Shown here: positions 9,870 to 19,249 of the stretch, one piece after another
Layout of the letters: each line of letters opens with the position of its first letter
How positions within the stretch are numbered: position 1 is the first letter of the stretch
NCBI GenBank assembly: GCA_020634135.1
Contig: JACKCG010000007.1
Location: forward strand, 81,550 to 145,549
Reading direction: 5' to 3'
DNA length: 64,000 nt
From: Anaerolineaceae bacterium
GTDB lineage: Bacteria > Chloroflexota > Anaerolineae > Aggregatilineales > Phototrophicaceae
Notes under the pieces: generated by a model
Databases searched by the model: none
Told to the model about the DNA's origin: nothing
What the model saw: the letters and a program-made list of their open reading frames with translations, nothing else
Position numbers and translations under genes: made by a program

Positions 9870-10115
9870 ATGGTGGAAACACTGAATGCCGAGCAAATTA
9901 TGAATCATTACGTAGAGGCTTATCAAAAACTCTATAATCGCAAACCCAAAGACCTGCGTCCCATAGAAAATGGGTGGGTGATTGTCAACGGTGCGCGGAT
10001 GCGAATCTCCGAGCTGCCATTCCTGACGGCGCAGCTTCAGCTTGAATATAAGCAGGGCATAGAAGAACGGCGCAGTGTCGTCAACCGATTATTAGGCTGG
10101 TTCAAGAAGCACTGA
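9870..10115 (+). CDS. Hypothetical small protein (81 aa)
   Basis: ORF only, 7 bp upstream of the next ORF. No motif recognised. Confidence 0.45.
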   Translation: MVETLNAEQIMNHYVEAYQKLYNRKPKDLRPIENGWVIVNGARMRISELPFLTAQLQLEYKQGIEERRSVVNRLLGWFKKH

Positions 10116-10122
10116 AATCGCT

Positions 10123-10488
10123 ATGACGAATACGCAACAGGCGATTATTCAGCAAGCGTTACACGACAATCAAGGGCGTTTTGTTGCTGCTGCCCTGGCT
10201 GAAGTGCCGAGTGGGGTGATTCTGTTTCTCCATGCGGATGACACATTACCCGAAGATTTCGCTGATGCCCTGGCGGAACTGGCAAAACGTGCCGCAACCT
10301 TCACCGAAAATCACGACCAATTTGACCATGTTGATGAAGTATTGTTTTACGACATTGAAGGCCGTCAGGTGATCCTCCATCTCATTAAGGGCGAGCCGGC
10401 AAACCAGATACTCGTCCTGGTCGCCGCGCCCCAAAAACCCTATAAGCAAGCCAGCAAGCGCCTCGCCAAAGCCCTGCAACAGACTTAA
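10123..10488 (+). CDS. Hypothetical protein (121 aa), possibly Roadblock/LC7-like fold
   Basis: Size and alternating beta/alpha pattern (VILFLHADD...VLFYDIEGRQVILHLI...ILVLVAAP). Weak, by-eye evidence only. Confidence 0.4.
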   Translation: MTNTQQAIIQQALHDNQGRFVAAALAEVPSGVILFLHADDTLPEDFADALAELAKRAATFTENHDQFDHVDEVLFYDIEGRQVILHLIKGEPANQILVLVAAPQKPYKQASKRLAKALQQT

Positions 10489-10614
10489 GCCCGGTTTCGT
10501 TTCGCTTTCAACAACCCGGCTATCTCCAATTCCTGCAACCGTCTACCGCAGAAAAAACCGCCCGGCCTGTTCGCTCGAAATCCGATCCCCGATTATAATC
10601 AGAGTTTGTAACCT

Positions 10615-12648
10615 GTGACATTATTGAGGAAAAATATGGATTCATTTCGAGAAACCTACCGGCAGATGATTATTGCGCTGATTGTGTTTCTCATCGTGCT
10701 GGCAATTGGGATACTGGGCCTCATGTGGCTGGAAGGTATCTCGTTTCTGGATGCAATCTGGATCACAGTGACCACCCTCACGACAGTGGGGTACGGTGAC
10801 AAAGTTGCCATAACCCCCGGCGGGCGCGTGTTCACCCTGGTATTGCTCGCAGCCGGGCTAAGTGTGACGGCCTACGGCATCCAGGCCAGTGCCACGTTCA
10901 TCCTCAGCCCAGCCATGCGTGACCTGCGCCAGCGACGGCGCACACAGCGGGCGGTTGAGCAATTGAGCCATCACTATATCATCTGCGGTGCAGGCGAACT
11001 GGTGGATAAAACTGTGAGCTTTATCACAAGGGCTGCCAGGGATCGCCAGGCTTACCATCGCGAACAATTTTATCTACCGCTGGACCACTTTCTGGATCGC
11101 CTCTTTGGAGATGATGCACACGGCCATTTTCCACGTACTCGCCAGATCATTCGCCGCGTTTTCCTCTTTTTCGTGCGCCGGTTGTATCGGGCTGAAACCC
11201 TGTTGGATGCGGTGGTCATTGTTACCCCCAGCGCCACATTCGCCGAACATCTACGCAGCAACCGTCTGCTTGTGATCGAAGGGGATCCCAACCGGGAAGA
11301 AACGCTGCAACGCGCCGGGTTAGAGCGTGCCCAGGCCATGATGGTCATGCTGGGTAAAGATACCGAAACACTGCTGACCGTACTCACTGCTCGCAGCGCT
11401 AACCCGAACCTGTATATCACTGCCGTCACCCTGGAAGAAGCCCTCGCGCCACAAATGATCCGCGTAGGCGCTAACAGTGCTATCACGCCGTTTGACGTTG
11501 CCAGTCAGTTCCTGAACAACGCCACGCTGCGCCCCGCAGTCAATGATTTTTTTGACAGCATTCTTTTTAGTCCGGCAGCGGACACCCAGACCACCCAGCT
11601 AACCCTGCTGTCAGGTTCAAATTGGATCGGACAGCGTATCGGTAAACTACAACTCCGCGAAAAGTTTAAGGCTGCCGTGATCGGACTCGGTTCTGATGAC
11701 GGCAGTTTTATGTACACGCCTGATGAAAACTATATTCTCAAAGAGAATGATATTCTGATAGTCGTCGCTCCTGGTCGCTCCACCACCGCCCTACAGCGAG
11801 ACTGTGACCAAGGCACACACGGCCAATCCCAATTTGCGAACTGGCAGCGCCTGCCTATCCCAGCGCCACCACCCCGCCAATCAGAACAGACATACACGCG
11901 GGAAGAGGCCGAGATTGCAGTACAGGCCATGTCGCAGCGCTATATCATCTGTGGCACAGGTCATGTGGTACGCAGCGCCATCAATAAACTTGACCCAAAG
12001 CGCCCATTTGTCATCATCAGCAGCGACACGGACTATGCTGACGAACTCCTGGCAAGAGGCTTCCGGGTGATTTATGGCAACCCCACAGAGGAAAACACAC
12101 TACGCCGCGCCGGGATTGATCGGGCACTGGCAATTATGATTTCACTGGAAGACGAAGCGGACAGCGTATTGACGGTTCTCAACTGCCGGGCGCTCAGCAA
12201 AAGCCTGCTGATTACAACCACTGCTCATATAGACGACGCCATTCACAAATTGCAACGTGCCGGGGCTGATCGCGTCGTGAGTCCGTTCCAGGTCGCCGGG
12301 CAGTTCGTCCTGCTGGCGACTACCCGCCCGGCTGTCAACGATTTCCTCCAATATGTGCTGTTTAACTATCACGTAGGAATCGAAACCACCGAACTCTATA
12401 TGCAGGATGATTCCCCCTGGATTGGTAAAACCATCGAGGATTTACGGTTGACTAATCTGTTTCGGGCCGGGGTGATCGGCGTGCGTCGGGCGGATGGGCA
12501 TTTTATCTATGCCCCACCCAGAACCCATAAGATCGGGGAGCATGAAGTATTAATCGTCGTCACGCCGATGGAACATTCCGATGAACTGCGGATCACCGCC
12601 AGTGGCAGCGCCACTAAACGGCCTACCACGCTGCGTCGGCCCAGGTAA
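10615..12648 (+). CDS. 2-TM potassium channel with two RCK (TrkA-N/TrkA-C) modules
   Basis: TTVGYGD selectivity filter between two TMs, plus two Rossmann GxGxxV motifs (HYIICGAGELV, RYIICGTGHVV), each followed by a TrkA-C-like segment. The start may be the ATG at 10636. Confidence 0.85.
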   Translation: MTLLRKNMDSFRETYRQMIIALIVFLIVLAIGILGLMWLEGISFLDAIWITVTTLTTVGYGDKVAITPGGRVFTLVLLAAGLSVTAYGIQASATFILSPAMRDLRQRRRTQRAVEQLSHHYIICGAGELVDKTVSFITRAARDRQAYHREQFYLPLDHFLDRLFGDDAHGHFPRTRQIIRRVFLFFVRRLYRAETLLDAVVIVTPSATFAEHLRSNRLLVIEGDPNREETLQRAGLERAQAMMVMLGKDTETLLTVLTARSANPNLYITAVTLEEALAPQMIRVGANSAITPFDVASQFLNNATLRPAVNDFFDSILFSPAADTQTTQLTLLSGSNWIGQRIGKLQLREKFKAAVIGLGSDDGSFMYTPDENYILKENDILIVVAPGRSTTALQRDCDQGTHGQSQFANWQRLPIPAPPPRQSEQTYTREEAEIAVQAMSQRYIICGTGHVVRSAINKLDPKRPFVIISSDTDYADELLARGFRVIYGNPTEENTLRRAGIDRALAIMISLEDEADSVLTVLNCRALSKSLLITTTAHIDDAIHKLQRAGADRVVSPFQVAGQFVLLATTRPAVNDFLQYVLFNYHVGIETTELYMQDDSPWIGKTIEDLRLTNLFRAGVIGVRRADGHFIYAPPRTHKIGEHEVLIVVTPMEHSDELRITASGSATKRPTTLRRPR

Positions 12649-12650
12649 CG

Positions 12651-13997
12651 TCATAGCCCGGCACGCCGGCGTTCGCGGCGATAATCTTCAGGGGTATCCA
12701 CATCCACAAGAATACTGTCGTTATCCACATTCACATAGGCGATACGATCCTGGTGAGCATTAATGACATCACGCGGAGCACCATCAGCAGGCAGCGCCAG
12801 GATTTCCGGCCAATAACGACGGTCAATGAGGATCGGATGCCCGCGCCGCATCTGATAGCTGGGCGCTACGATATCCCCCGCACCCTCAGCGTATGCCAGT
12901 AATATCTGGTTGATAATACGCGGCTGAATACGCGGTTGGTCGCCCAACACAACCAACGCTGCGGATACATGCGGGGGCATCGCCTGCAGGCCAACTTTCA
13001 AAGATGAGAGCATCTCGCCCTGAGCGTAGTCGCTATTATAGGCAATATTCGCACCCATCGGTGTCACACGGCTCGTGATTTCCCCGGCGTAATAACCAGT
13101 AACCACTGTCACATTTGTCAACCGTGCCAGATAGATTTGGTGAATAATATGCTCAATAATCGTCCGACGGCCTTCCCAGGGCAGCAGCATTTTGGGCCGT
13201 CCCATCCGCTGCGACATCCCGGCAGCCAGTGTCACGACCCCGATGTGGCGCTGGACTTCACACACCGGGTCTGCCGCCCGTGCCGAACCCAGCACAACGC
13301 TATGTACACGTGGCACACGCAGTATCAGATGCGCGGTCAAACGGGCACGAAGCCGCATAAACCCATTAGGCGGTGTCTGGTTGAGAAAGGCGATAACCCG
13401 CGCCTGTGCAGGGATACTTCGCAAGCCGAACTGATCGTCACGCAGCACCTGGGCTATCCAGGGGAACTTAACCCGGTTGCCAATCCCAAAACCATAGCGA
13501 TCATGAACAGCCTGCGCATTATACACATGATCCTCATCCAACGGCTGCCCTAAGACCGAAAGCCCTGCTATCGGAACGACAAGCGAAACCTCATCAGGGA
13601 TGACCGGCTCGTGACTCTTGGGCGCTTTGAGGGGTAATCCCCGCGCCCCATCGGCCTCAATCAACAGCACATCCGAGTCGACGGTATCCAATAAATAGGA
13701 TATGGCATCAGAACTAACGCCATAGACTTTATCACCCTGAATCCGGCCATAGAGAAACACAAAGCGAAAATCGCTCAAGGCTGTTGAGATTTCGCTCCGG
13801 TCACAGTCTACCGGAAGCGCGGCAGGCATCAGCTCGAGTTGGTCAAGGCCGATGCGGGTCGTGGTCGTCGCCAGCACTCGCCAACCGGAGTCGGCCAGTT
13901 CGTGCGCCAACGCGATCATAGTAGACGTCTTGCCACCAGCACCCACAAAAGCGATGACATCCCCGCGCACAATATCAAAGGCTTGTTGAAGTTTCAT
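12651..13997 (-). CDS. Fusion protein: YqeC-family accessory protein (N-terminal) + MocA-like molybdenum cofactor cytidylyltransferase (C-terminal)
   Basis: N-terminal VIAFVGAGGKTSTMIALA P-loop typical of YqeC. From about residue 250: VVTLAAGMSQRMGRPKMLL, VVLGDQP and RRGHPILI, typical of MobA/MocA NTP transferases. Confidence 0.8.
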   Translation of the reverse strand: MKLQQAFDIVRGDVIAFVGAGGKTSTMIALAHELADSGWRVLATTTTRIGLDQLELMPAALPVDCDRSEISTALSDFRFVFLYGRIQGDKVYGVSSDAISYLLDTVDSDVLLIEADGARGLPLKAPKSHEPVIPDEVSLVVPIAGLSVLGQPLDEDHVYNAQAVHDRYGFGIGNRVKFPWIAQVLRDDQFGLRSIPAQARVIAFLNQTPPNGFMRLRARLTAHLILRVPRVHSVVLGSARAADPVCEVQRHIGVVTLAAGMSQRMGRPKMLLPWEGRRTIIEHIIHQIYLARLTNVTVVTGYYAGEITSRVTPMGANIAYNSDYAQGEMLSSLKVGLQAMPPHVSAALVVLGDQPRIQPRIINQILLAYAEGAGDIVAPSYQMRRGHPILIDRRYWPEILALPADGAPRDVINAHQDRIAYVNVDNDSILVDVDTPEDYRRERRRAGL

Positions 13998-14847
13998 CCG
14001 TCTCCACCAGATACGAACGTACCTGAGGGGCGGCCAGGACTGCCTCTAGCACGCCTCCCCCTACTGCGAGTGATTTTTCAGAAATGGAGTAGCAGATTTT
14101 GACATCCCCGCGAGGGTCCAAATCTCCAATTTTCATACCGGCTCTGACCACGACCTGCTCGTGAATCAAGCCGCGCAGCACGCCAGAAAACGGCGCGATA
14201 ACTGGCTCGCCATTCAGGTTGGCGATCACTGCTCCAGCTTCAAGCTGCGCCCCAATGCGAACGGCAGGACGCACATGCCCGGCGGACGACGCCCGCAGCA
14301 CCCTGGAATGAGTCTGGCCCTTAACCTGTCCAGGCTCCCCTGTATCCGGCGCGGCACTACCCTGATATATGACCCGGCCCAGGTCATGCCCCCGATTGGT
14401 TTCGATAACGACATGGCAGTCCGCACCAACAGTGAAACCCGGCCCAAGCCCAATCACCAGCGGCGCATCGGTTATCCGTGTGTCGAGATTCACTTTTGCC
14501 AGCCGACCATCCACAATGACCACAGGCCGCAGTTCCGGCCATAAGCATAATCCTGGGTCTACGACCACCGGGATTTCGCCCGCCGCCAGAGTCGAAGCCA
14601 CATCATGGCGGTTGTCTACCAGACGTGCTGTCAACCCATCCACCGTGACGACCCTGTTGTAAACGGCATCGCCATAACTCACTGTCCGACGCACCAGCAG
14701 CGGCGACTCAAGTTCTGTCACCATTACCGGAAATCCGGCACGCCGCAACCGGTAGATCACGCCGCTCGCCAGATCACCCCCACCACGTACCACAACCAGA
14801 GCGCGGCTAAATAACACCGAGGCCATGTTCGCGCAGTGCCGCAACAA
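13975..14847 (-). CDS. yqeB: YqeB/EF2563-family selenium-dependent molybdenum hydroxylase system protein
   Basis: VVVRGGGDLASGVIYRLRRAGFPVMVTELESPLLVRRTVSYGDAVY N-terminal signature. The true start is probably ATG 14826 or GTG 14817, and it overlaps the upstream stop. Confidence 0.8.
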   Translation of the reverse strand: MLRHCANMASVLFSRALVVVRGGGDLASGVIYRLRRAGFPVMVTELESPLLVRRTVSYGDAVYNRVVTVDGLTARLVDNRHDVASTLAAGEIPVVVDPGLCLWPELRPVVIVDGRLAKVNLDTRITDAPLVIGLGPGFTVGADCHVVIETNRGHDLGRVIYQGSAAPDTGEPGQVKGQTHSRVLRASSAGHVRPAVRIGAQLEAGAVIANLNGEPVIAPFSGVLRGLIHEQVVVRAGMKIGDLDPRGDVKICYSISEKSLAVGGGVLEAVLAAPQVRSYLVETDETSTSL

Positions 14848-17038
14848 CTCGCTCAGGAGTTAAGGGTATGAAGTCCATCCAGATGCCCGTCGCATCATGC
14901 ACCGCCGCTACAATAGCCGGTGACAGCGGCAGGAACGGCATTTCGCCCATGCCTCGCGCCCCCCAGGGACCAATCGGGTCAGCATATTCCAGGATTACAG
15001 ACTTCACTTCATCCGGTACATCCAGGATGGTCGGAATGAGATAGGTGGAAAGGTATGGATTGAGGATACGTCCCTCTTGTGAGATAAGATTTTCCATAAT
15101 CGCGTAACCCTGTGCCTGTACTACTGCGCCTTCAATCTGCCCCTGCACAAGCTGCGGGTTCACCGCCTGACCGACATCATCCGCACAGATCACCCTTGCC
15201 AGGCGAATGTGGCCGGTCTCAATATCCACTTCAACCTCCACCGCCTCGGCCACATAACCATAGGCAAAGTTCGGCTCGCTCTTGCCGGTTTCCGGGTCAT
15301 AGGGCGTCGTGGCGGGCGGGCGGTACTGATATGTCGCAACGGCAGGTCGTTCCTCATTTCGCCACTTCTCCAGCGCCTGCTCCGCCGCCCCCTTGATAGC
15401 ATTCCCTGCCATAAACGTCATACGGGATGCCGAGACGCTGCCGGAATTCAGGGTTTCTGCCGTATCCTGGCCGATCAGCCGCACTTTTGCGAACGGCACA
15501 CCCGCCGCTTCAGCAGCCATCTGTATCATTACAGTATGTGTCCCCTGCCCGACTTCCGCCCCGGCATGGCGAACCACAACTTCCTCAATTTCGGTCTGAC
15601 CATACAATTCCACCGTCGCCCAACTTTGTTCGGGAGCGCCAAAGCTGAACCCGACATTCTTGAACGCAGCAGCGAACCCTACACCGCGTCGCAATGCGGG
15701 GTTATCCGGCTGAGGGTGCTGAGGACGTGACCAACCGATGTCGCCTTTTTTCCAGAAACTCTCACGGGCGCAGGCTTCAATCACCTGCGGGATACTCACC
15801 CCCGGCGGCAAGGGCGTTCCCACCGAAAGCAAACTCCCTTCTTGCAAGGCATTTCTCATACGGATTTCTACCGGATCAATACCGAGGGCCTCTGCCAACT
15901 TGTTCATCTGACCTTCAGCGGCAAAAGCACCCTGCGGCCCGCCAAACCCGCGAAATGCGCCACACGGGATGTTATTAGTGTAGACCCCATAAGTATCCAC
16001 GTGAATATTCGGAATTTCGTAAGGGCCTGTTGCCATCAAATTCGCGTTGCCCATCACCTTATTGGTGGTGTAGTTGTATGCCCCGGCGTCACCGATCACA
16101 ATAGCTTCGGCGGCGACTACCCTGCCGTCTCTGGTCGCACCCCATTTTGCCCGAATCCTCACCGGATGGCGCTTATGGTGATAAAGTATTGATTCTTCCC
16201 GGCTCCACTGGATTTTCACCGGGCGGCGCAGCTTCCAGGCCGCCAACGCCAGCACAATCTGGACGGACATATCCTCACGCCCGCCAAATGCCCCGCCAAT
16301 CGCCGGATAAATGACCCGCACCTGGTCTGCCGGCAGCCCCAACGCATGATAGATTTGTTCCTGATCCTCATGTACCCACTGCCCGGCTACAATCACCGTC
16401 ACCCGGCCTGCATCATCTATATAGCCGATACCGGCCTCCGGCTGAAGATAGGCATGTTCCTGGTATCCCGTGTAGTATTCGCCTTCTACGACGACATCGG
16501 CCTGTGTCCACCCGGCGGCCAAATCCCCTTTGCGAATTCGGTAATGACACAGCACATTGTTGGGATGATCGGCGTGGAGTCGGGGAGCACCTTCCGCCAT
16601 TGCCGCTTCGGCATCGAAAACAGCAGGCAGATCCTCGTAAGTGACATCCACCAACTGAACAGCCTCGGCTGCGGCGGCTTCGGTTTCCGCCACCACCACC
16701 GCAACGCAATCCATATAACAGCGCACAACGTCCGCGCCGGGAATGATACTGTTGCTACCCGGGCCACACAGCACCGGCTGGTCTAACATCGTCAGGCCGT
16801 ATTCGTTATTCGGCACGTCTTTCGCGGTAAACACCGCCACCACGCCCGGCAGCGCCGCCGCCTGTGTCGTATCAATCGCCACTACGCGAGCATGAACCCG
16901 GTCACTGAAGCGCAGCTTCATCCACAACTGCCCTTCCATACTAACATCGCCGGGGTAAACCGCCTCACCGGTTACTTTGCCTACTGCGTCAATGCGTTTG
17001 ACAGTATGCCCTACGGTAAAGGTTTTATCTTTTGCCAC
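14807..17038 (-). CDS. Xanthine dehydrogenase / aldehyde oxidase family molybdopterin-binding subunit
   Basis: 743 aa. N-terminal RIDAVGKVTGEAVYPGD, GGAFGGRED, GAFRGFGGPQG, and a C-terminal GMGE active-site-glutamate region. Confidence 0.9.
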   Translation of the reverse strand: MAKDKTFTVGHTVKRIDAVGKVTGEAVYPGDVSMEGQLWMKLRFSDRVHARVVAIDTTQAAALPGVVAVFTAKDVPNNEYGLTMLDQPVLCGPGSNSIIPGADVVRCYMDCVAVVVAETEAAAAEAVQLVDVTYEDLPAVFDAEAAMAEGAPRLHADHPNNVLCHYRIRKGDLAAGWTQADVVVEGEYYTGYQEHAYLQPEAGIGYIDDAGRVTVIVAGQWVHEDQEQIYHALGLPADQVRVIYPAIGGAFGGREDMSVQIVLALAAWKLRRPVKIQWSREESILYHHKRHPVRIRAKWGATRDGRVVAAEAIVIGDAGAYNYTTNKVMGNANLMATGPYEIPNIHVDTYGVYTNNIPCGAFRGFGGPQGAFAAEGQMNKLAEALGIDPVEIRMRNALQEGSLLSVGTPLPPGVSIPQVIEACARESFWKKGDIGWSRPQHPQPDNPALRRGVGFAAAFKNVGFSFGAPEQSWATVELYGQTEIEEVVVRHAGAEVGQGTHTVMIQMAAEAAGVPFAKVRLIGQDTAETLNSGSVSASRMTFMAGNAIKGAAEQALEKWRNEERPAVATYQYRPPATTPYDPETGKSEPNFAYGYVAEAVEVEVDIETGHIRLARVICADDVGQAVNPQLVQGQIEGAVVQAQGYAIMENLISQEGRILNPYLSTYLIPTILDVPDEVKSVILEYADPIGPWGARGMGEMPFLPLSPAIVAAVHDATGIWMDFIPLTPERVVAALREHGLGVI

Positions 17039-17095
17039 AGTTCACATCCATTTTCCATCAATGATTTCGCTAGACAATTCGGGTTGTGGATAGGT

Positions 17096-18862
17096 TCAAT
17101 GAGACGGCGGCAGGCCATTCATGACGTGGGTACGCTGGTAAATCCGCTGGACATCCCGGTTAAAAATACGCCGCAGGATCGCCACCGCTGTAGCATATGT
17201 GGGGTCTACGCCAGTATAGCTCAAGCTGCCCGCCCCCAGGTTATGCCCTTTGCTCATAGGCGTATCTGACGCATAATGCAAGAATCCGATGTCAAAAGAC
17301 ACACCGTACAGGTTCACAATCTCGTTATAGGGATGACGTTTGGGCCGGAATGCCTCATAGATGGCCGAAAGATACGGCCCGGCTTCCATCTCAATATCGG
17401 TGTACCCTTCATGGTAAAACACGCTCATATAGCGCGGATTTTGCAGGAATGTGCCCGGCGCACTGATGGCCTTCTGATTGTCCAGCACCATCCCAAACGC
17501 CATGTAAGAAGCAATATCATAGGCTGAAAAACTGTTGTCGAACAGATAGGTGTTCTGCGAATGTTCATCATGCACCACGTTCGGGATCATAACATCCCCG
17601 ACGCGCCCATTCAGAGTCGCGGCCTTGCCCATGATATATACCCCCATCAGATGACCGACACGTTCGGTAATCCGGCTGAGGATTTCGTAAGCAGCCATCC
17701 CTAACGGATAGTCAATGTTCAAAATCACCGCATCACTCTGGCTGAGCTGCGCCTGAGTGAACCCATCGGCCACCCGCGAGTCCAGCCAGTCAGCGCGCAG
17801 CTTATTAACCTCAATCACCTGGGATTCGATGTCAAAACCGCTGCGGCTGGAAATCCGATGGATGCCTATACTCTTTTCGTCAGCCGCCAGCATATCATGC
17901 GTTCGCTTATTGCCATCCACCAGATACTTCTTCAACACATAGTAGAGGAAGTTATCCAGATTTTTCGAAGCGCTCTCGTTTTTAATCTCATGATACTCGG
18001 TCAGAAGCTGCTCATAGCCGCAGGTCTTAATATATTCCAGCAGGTTTTCTTCCTCGCGCCGGGCAAACCCGGTGAGCAAATTCACGAGGGAATGGGTATT
18101 GCTGGAAACAAAGTAAACCGGGCGTTGTTCCAGATCAACTTCGTTATTCAACTGGTCTTGCAGTTCCGCCCACCAGTAAGCCGTCGCCCGCCGGTAATCT
18201 GCCAGGGAACCGGATAGAAGTTGCAGGCTGATCTGCTTACGTCGCTGCGACATCCGGTACAGGGTATCGAAAAACGCCACACCCCAGATGATCTCCAACC
18301 GGCGCAGATCATCTACCGCTAGGCGCAGTTCGCCCGCCAGTATGGCCGCTTCGTCATCCGTCAGGGGTGTCTGGCGGCCTTGATTGTCGCGCAGGAAGGC
18401 TTTGGTATCCCCACCCTGCAACAGCCGGTAGAATTTATTCCACTCGATCTGATAAGCCGTCAGGATCGGCACCAGGTCATCAATATCCGACCGACTGGCG
18501 ATAAATACCGCCAGGGTATTGCTCCCATTATGATGCATCCGACGGCGACGGCCAGGCGCTACCACGCGCGGCCATTGTGAGAGGTCAGTATAGCCCGCCT
18601 CATAAAAGGAACGTTCCAACTGGCCGACCAGCACCATGTCCACTTCTGCCATACATGGCGGCAAACGCAAACTGGAATACACCAACGCAGAGGTATCCGG
18701 CTCGGCACGACGGGCATGAACATGCAGCGATGACTCCATCGCCATGTGACTTTCTTCCAGCGTTTCCACCTGCACAGTATGAGTCGAACGCAGCAGCGAA
18801 TAATAGGTTCGCATGTAGAGTTCGATTTCTTCACTGCCAGTCTTTGGAACAGTACGATCCAT
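17096..18862 (-). CDS. Uncharacterised 588-aa protein with a C-terminal nucleoside phosphorylase/nucleosidase (PNP_UDP_1)-like domain
   Basis: C-terminal ~240 aa: AVILNIDYPLGMAAYE...GVYIMGKAATLNGRVGDVMIP...TDIEMEAGPYL resembles AMP nucleosidase / uridine phosphorylase cores. The N-terminal ~340 aa is not recognised. Confidence 0.55.
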   Translation of the reverse strand: MDRTVPKTGSEEIELYMRTYYSLLRSTHTVQVETLEESHMAMESSLHVHARRAEPDTSALVYSSLRLPPCMAEVDMVLVGQLERSFYEAGYTDLSQWPRVVAPGRRRRMHHNGSNTLAVFIASRSDIDDLVPILTAYQIEWNKFYRLLQGGDTKAFLRDNQGRQTPLTDDEAAILAGELRLAVDDLRRLEIIWGVAFFDTLYRMSQRRKQISLQLLSGSLADYRRATAYWWAELQDQLNNEVDLEQRPVYFVSSNTHSLVNLLTGFARREEENLLEYIKTCGYEQLLTEYHEIKNESASKNLDNFLYYVLKKYLVDGNKRTHDMLAADEKSIGIHRISSRSGFDIESQVIEVNKLRADWLDSRVADGFTQAQLSQSDAVILNIDYPLGMAAYEILSRITERVGHLMGVYIMGKAATLNGRVGDVMIPNVVHDEHSQNTYLFDNSFSAYDIASYMAFGMVLDNQKAISAPGTFLQNPRYMSVFYHEGYTDIEMEAGPYLSAIYEAFRPKRHPYNEIVNLYGVSFDIGFLHYASDTPMSKGHNLGAGSLSYTGVDPTYATAVAILRRIFNRDVQRIYQRTHVMNGLPPSH

Positions 18863-18877
18863 AAAATCCCCTGTTAC

Positions 18878-19240
18878 TTATTTACGGGACTGCTTCTTCA
18901 TATCCAATTCGCGCTTTTTCTTGGCGACACGACGTTTGTTACGCAGCGCTCGCTGCTCAAGAAGCTCTTTCTCACTGATTTTATCCATCGGGTTGCGATT
19001 CTTCGGCACAGCGGCAGCGATAATCAGCACCACAATCGCCCCTAAAATCAGGAAAATAACGCCGGCAACCGCCACCACAAGTTGATCGTAGGGCATCTGA
19101 CCGTTATTAAGCTGTGGCACGACGTATTGAATCGCCACCGGTGAAAGGATATAGGAAATGGCACCAAGTGCCAGCGCCAATACGAACCCAACAACCGGCC
19201 AAAAGGCCCTGTTACCCCCACCTCTATTCTCTGCCACCAA
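18878..19240 (-). CDS. Small two-TM membrane protein with a Lys/Arg-rich tail
   Basis: Two hydrophobic helices followed by KNRNPMDKISEKELLEQRALRNKRRVAKKKRELDMKKQSRK. No family recognised. Confidence 0.45.
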   Translation of the reverse strand: MVAENRGGGNRAFWPVVGFVLALALGAISYILSPVAIQYVVPQLNNGQMPYDQLVVAVAGVIFLILGAIVVLIIAAAVPKNRNPMDKISEKELLEQRALRNKRRVAKKKRELDMKKQSRK

Positions 19241-19249
19241 GCACCTCCC

